Below, piece after piece: positions 61,021-64,000 of a DNA stretch of 64,000 bases. Where the stretch lies: NCBI GenBank assembly GCA_024137785.1, contig JAHRHZ010000041.1, positions 5,469,052-5,533,051 of the forward strand. The letters are read 5' to 3'. The DNA is from Ginglymostoma cirratum. Lineage: Eukaryota. The notes below the pieces were generated by a model. The model saw only the letters and a program-made list of their open reading frames with translations, did not search any database and was not told where the DNA came from. A program made the translations under genes and the position numbers. Position 1 is the first letter of the stretch. Each line of letters begins with the position of its first letter.

Positions 61021-62197
61021 TCAAAAATATGGATCCTGATGATGAGGGTACCCTAGGTGAGCACGGCCCTGACAACAGAAGTCCGCATTAATAAACTGCT
61101 CTGATGGTGCCCAAACTGCACCAGTCCCAGTGCTGCTGTTATCCTGCAGTCGTGCCTTCACTCTTTGCAGCTTTATTTGCATATTGCTGTGCTTTAAGGC
61201 TCTGTAAAAAGAAAATCTATATTTCCAAACACTGCATCAGTCAGAGGGCGACGCAGCTGGGTTCCAGTGCTGACTCTGCAGGACCGATATTGAATAATAC
61301 TAAATTGGGCCTATCCCTGGGGATACTGCAATGGAACAAGATTCCATTGCCAAAAAAAAGACAGACATGAGGAGGAATCTCATCCTGTCTGTCAGCCTGA
61401 GCTGTTCAATTTGCATTACTCCAAGAACTGAGCTCCAGAGAGGAGCTAGATCTCTCTCAGGAAAGTTAGGAACAAATTCCTGCATTGCTCACTGACCGTT
61501 CGAGGCCAGGATACTTGGAGATTGCAGGACGTTTGGCTGAGCTGGAATCTCGTGAAGGTTAGCGTCAAGGATTACGAAGGTCCTCGATCGGCTGGTTCTC
61601 TTCAGGAGTCAGTGCACGCTCAGCATGCACTGGCCGGACACAAAAACCTCTAACAGCGCAAGGAGAGATACCAATGCCCCGCACCGCAGAATGAAAACCC
61701 TCGGATAATGTTCCAAACTGGTCCTGGAGGGTAGAGGTGGCCCGTGCCAGGGTTAGGACAGATGTTCCAACCTGAGAACACACCCCGGACGGTCACTGCA
61801 TTCCCAACACCGATGTGTAACTTCGCACAGCTAGCCTCACCTTATTGCCTGCATCGGGAAGCAATGGGTTAATGAAGGGTGCACCTTCCCACAAGCATGA
61901 TGTCTCCACTGAAACTCCTTTTGCTCAGCTGCCTGCCTCACTTCAGCGAGAAATTAGAGCAACTTGAAAGAATGTCTTGTTCATTTGCCTCCCTCTGGTT
62001 GAACAGTGACGGAGAGGTTCCCCAGTGCCGGTACGTATAGAGGGATAGCAACGAAAGGGTTAAGGACTTGTTTCGTTTTCTCAAATTAACCTATTGATCG
62101 ACAATCGGCATTTAAAGTCTCCCACTGGTATTTGCTTATCTATTTGTTCCACAGAGAGAATGACCTATTGAGATGTAAACCAGGAAATGTAGGCTGA

Positions 62198-62535
62198 CAG
62201 TTTAGAGCGAGCTTTACTCTGTATCTAATCCTGTGCTGTCCCAGTTCTAAGAGTGTTTGATCAGCACAACGTAGTTGGAGCTTTACTCTGCCTCTAACCC
62301 TGTGCTATGCCTGACCTAGGATTGTTTCATGGGGACAATTTAGAGGAACCTTCACTCTGTATCTAATCCTTGTTGTCCCTGTCCTGGGAGTGTTTGATGG
62401 GGGACAGTGTAGAGGAAGCTTTACTCTGTATCTAGCCCAGTGTTGTCCCTGTCCTGAAAGCATTTGATAATGGCAGTGTAGAGGATGCTTTACTCTGTAT
62501 CTAACCCTGTGTTGTCCCTGTCCTGGGTGTATTTA
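62198..62535. repeat. Tandem repeat, about 5 copies of a 69-bp unit
   Basis: Anchor ctttactctg at 62212, 62281, 62350, 62419 and 62488 (exact 69-bp period). Confidence 0.92.
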
Positions 62536-62539
62536 CATC

Positions 62540-64000
62540 AGAACAAAGGAACAGGATTACATCATTCAGACCCTCGAGCCTGCTCTGCCATTCAATTAGA
62601 TGATGGCTGATCAGTAGCCAAATTCCAAATACCTGCCTTTGGTCCATATCCCTTAATATCTTTGCTTAACAAAAAGTATCTATCGCAGATTTAAAATTAG
62701 CAACTGATGAAGCACTAACTAATGTTTGTGGAAAAGAGTTCCAAACCTCTACCAGATTTTGTGTAGAGGTACTTCCTAACATTTCTCCTGAATGGTCTTG
62801 CCCTAATTTTAAGAACATGACCCCTAGTTCTAGAATCTCCAAACAGTGGGAATAGTTTACCTTTATCTGCCTTGCCTTTTCTTGTTAATATCTTGAAGAG
62901 TTTGATCAGATCACCCCTTAATTCTAAATAAAACAGGCCTAATTTGTATATGCCCTCCACATAACCCATAGAGTTTTTTTTATTCATTCACAGGATGAGG
63001 ATGTTGCTGGCTAAGCTGGCATTTATTGCCCATCCCTAATTGCCCAGAGGGCATTTAAGAGTCAGCCATGTTGCTGTGGTCACATGTAGACTGGACCAGG
63101 TAAGAATAGCAGTTTCCTTCCTTCCCTCCCTGAAGGGCATTAGTGAACCAGACGGGTTTTTCTCCTTTGACAATCAACAATAGATTCATGGTCATCACTA
63201 GATTCTTAATTCCAGATATTTATTGAATTCAAAGTCCACCATCTGCCATGGTGGGATTTGAATGCAGTTCCCCAGAATATTATCTGGGTCTCTGGATTAA
63301 TAGCCCAGCGATAATACCACTAGGCCATCGCCTCCCCCCATCCAGCTGTCATTCTTGTAAACCTACATTGTATTCCCTCCAAGGCTAATATATCCTTCCA
63401 AAGGTGTTGTGGCCAGATCTGCCAACAGTACTCCAAGTGGGATCTAACCAGGGTTTGTATAGCTCTAGCATAACATTTGCATCCTTGTACTTCAGTCCTC
63501 TAGAATTAATGGCCAGCTTTCAATTGGCCATTTTGATTATTTTCTGTAAATGTGCATGGCACTTTTATAGGTCTACGCACCCAAACCCCTATGTTTCTTT
63601 GGACATCCATTATATTTAACTTTACACCATCTAGGGAGTATGCTGATCCCTCCTTTTTGGGTCCAAAATGGATAATCTTGCACTTAATTACATTGAATTC
63701 CATCTGCAACAGTTTTGTCCATTTACTTAGTCTTTCATTATTCTTTTGTAATTTCATGCCATCATTCATATTGTCTACAGTGCCGTCTAACTTTGTGTCA
63801 TCAGCAAATGTGGATATATGACATTCTATGCAATTATCCAAGGGATTAATAATTAATGTGAATAATTGAGGCCCTAACACAGATCCTTGTGGAACACCAT
63901 TGGTCACATCCTGCCAATTTGAGTACCTACCCATTGTCACCATTTTCTGTTGCCTGCCACTCAACCAATTTCCCAGCCATGTCAGTAATTTGCCCTCAAT
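62540..64000 (-). mobile_element. CR1 LINE RT fragment continuing past the window end, interrupted by a SINE at ~62975-63338
   Basis: ORF 63506-63964 reads GVPQGSVLGPQLF...FADDTKL. Confidence 0.92.

Noticed and set aside
61772-61840. Apparent 69-nt GT-AG mini-intron on the minus strand
   Set aside because: The flanking frames give no recognisable protein and do not connect to SCN2B exon 2. Likely chance.
62198-62535. CRISPR-like regular spacing
   Set aside because: The whole 69-bp unit is repeated with no unique spacers, and the context is eukaryotic.

Overview
Eukaryotic, repeat-rich vertebrate DNA, almost certainly from a shark or ray (elasmobranch HE1-type V-SINEs, CR1/HER1-like LINEs, Deu-domain SINEs). 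It carries the tandem pair of voltage-gated sodium channel beta-subunit genes, both on the minus strand. SCN2B has coding exons 2-4 at 59461-59295, 56437-56227 and 54053-53854; exon 1 was not found and probably lies right of the window. SCN4B has coding exons 1-4 at 21121-21034, 6709-6531, 3325-3106 and 355-226; the last exon lies left of the window. All exons were rebuilt by hand with GT-AG boundaries and consistent phases. Most of the rest is decayed CR1, L2 and Tx1-like LINEs, several tRNA-derived SINE families, two solo LTRs and tandem repeats, plus one 400-N gap. The most striking non-genic signal is a set of at least 10 Penelope-like (PLE) insertions. Their termini carry minimal hammerhead ribozyme motifs (CUGANGA-A-stem II-GAAA-C/U-GUC) with compensatory stem changes between subfamilies. 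Many inserted as single inverted (palindromic) units with 7-15 bp target-site duplications, ranging from a 3.56 kb RT/GIY-YIG palindrome down to ~100-230 bp hairpin or ribozyme-only mini-elements. Gene-level points of interest are a conserved resurgent-current blocking peptide in beta4, a tandem splice donor that would end beta4 right after that peptide, and a 157-bp inverted repeat immediately behind the SCN2B stop codon. Repeat coordinates are approximate and family names come from recognition, not database searches.
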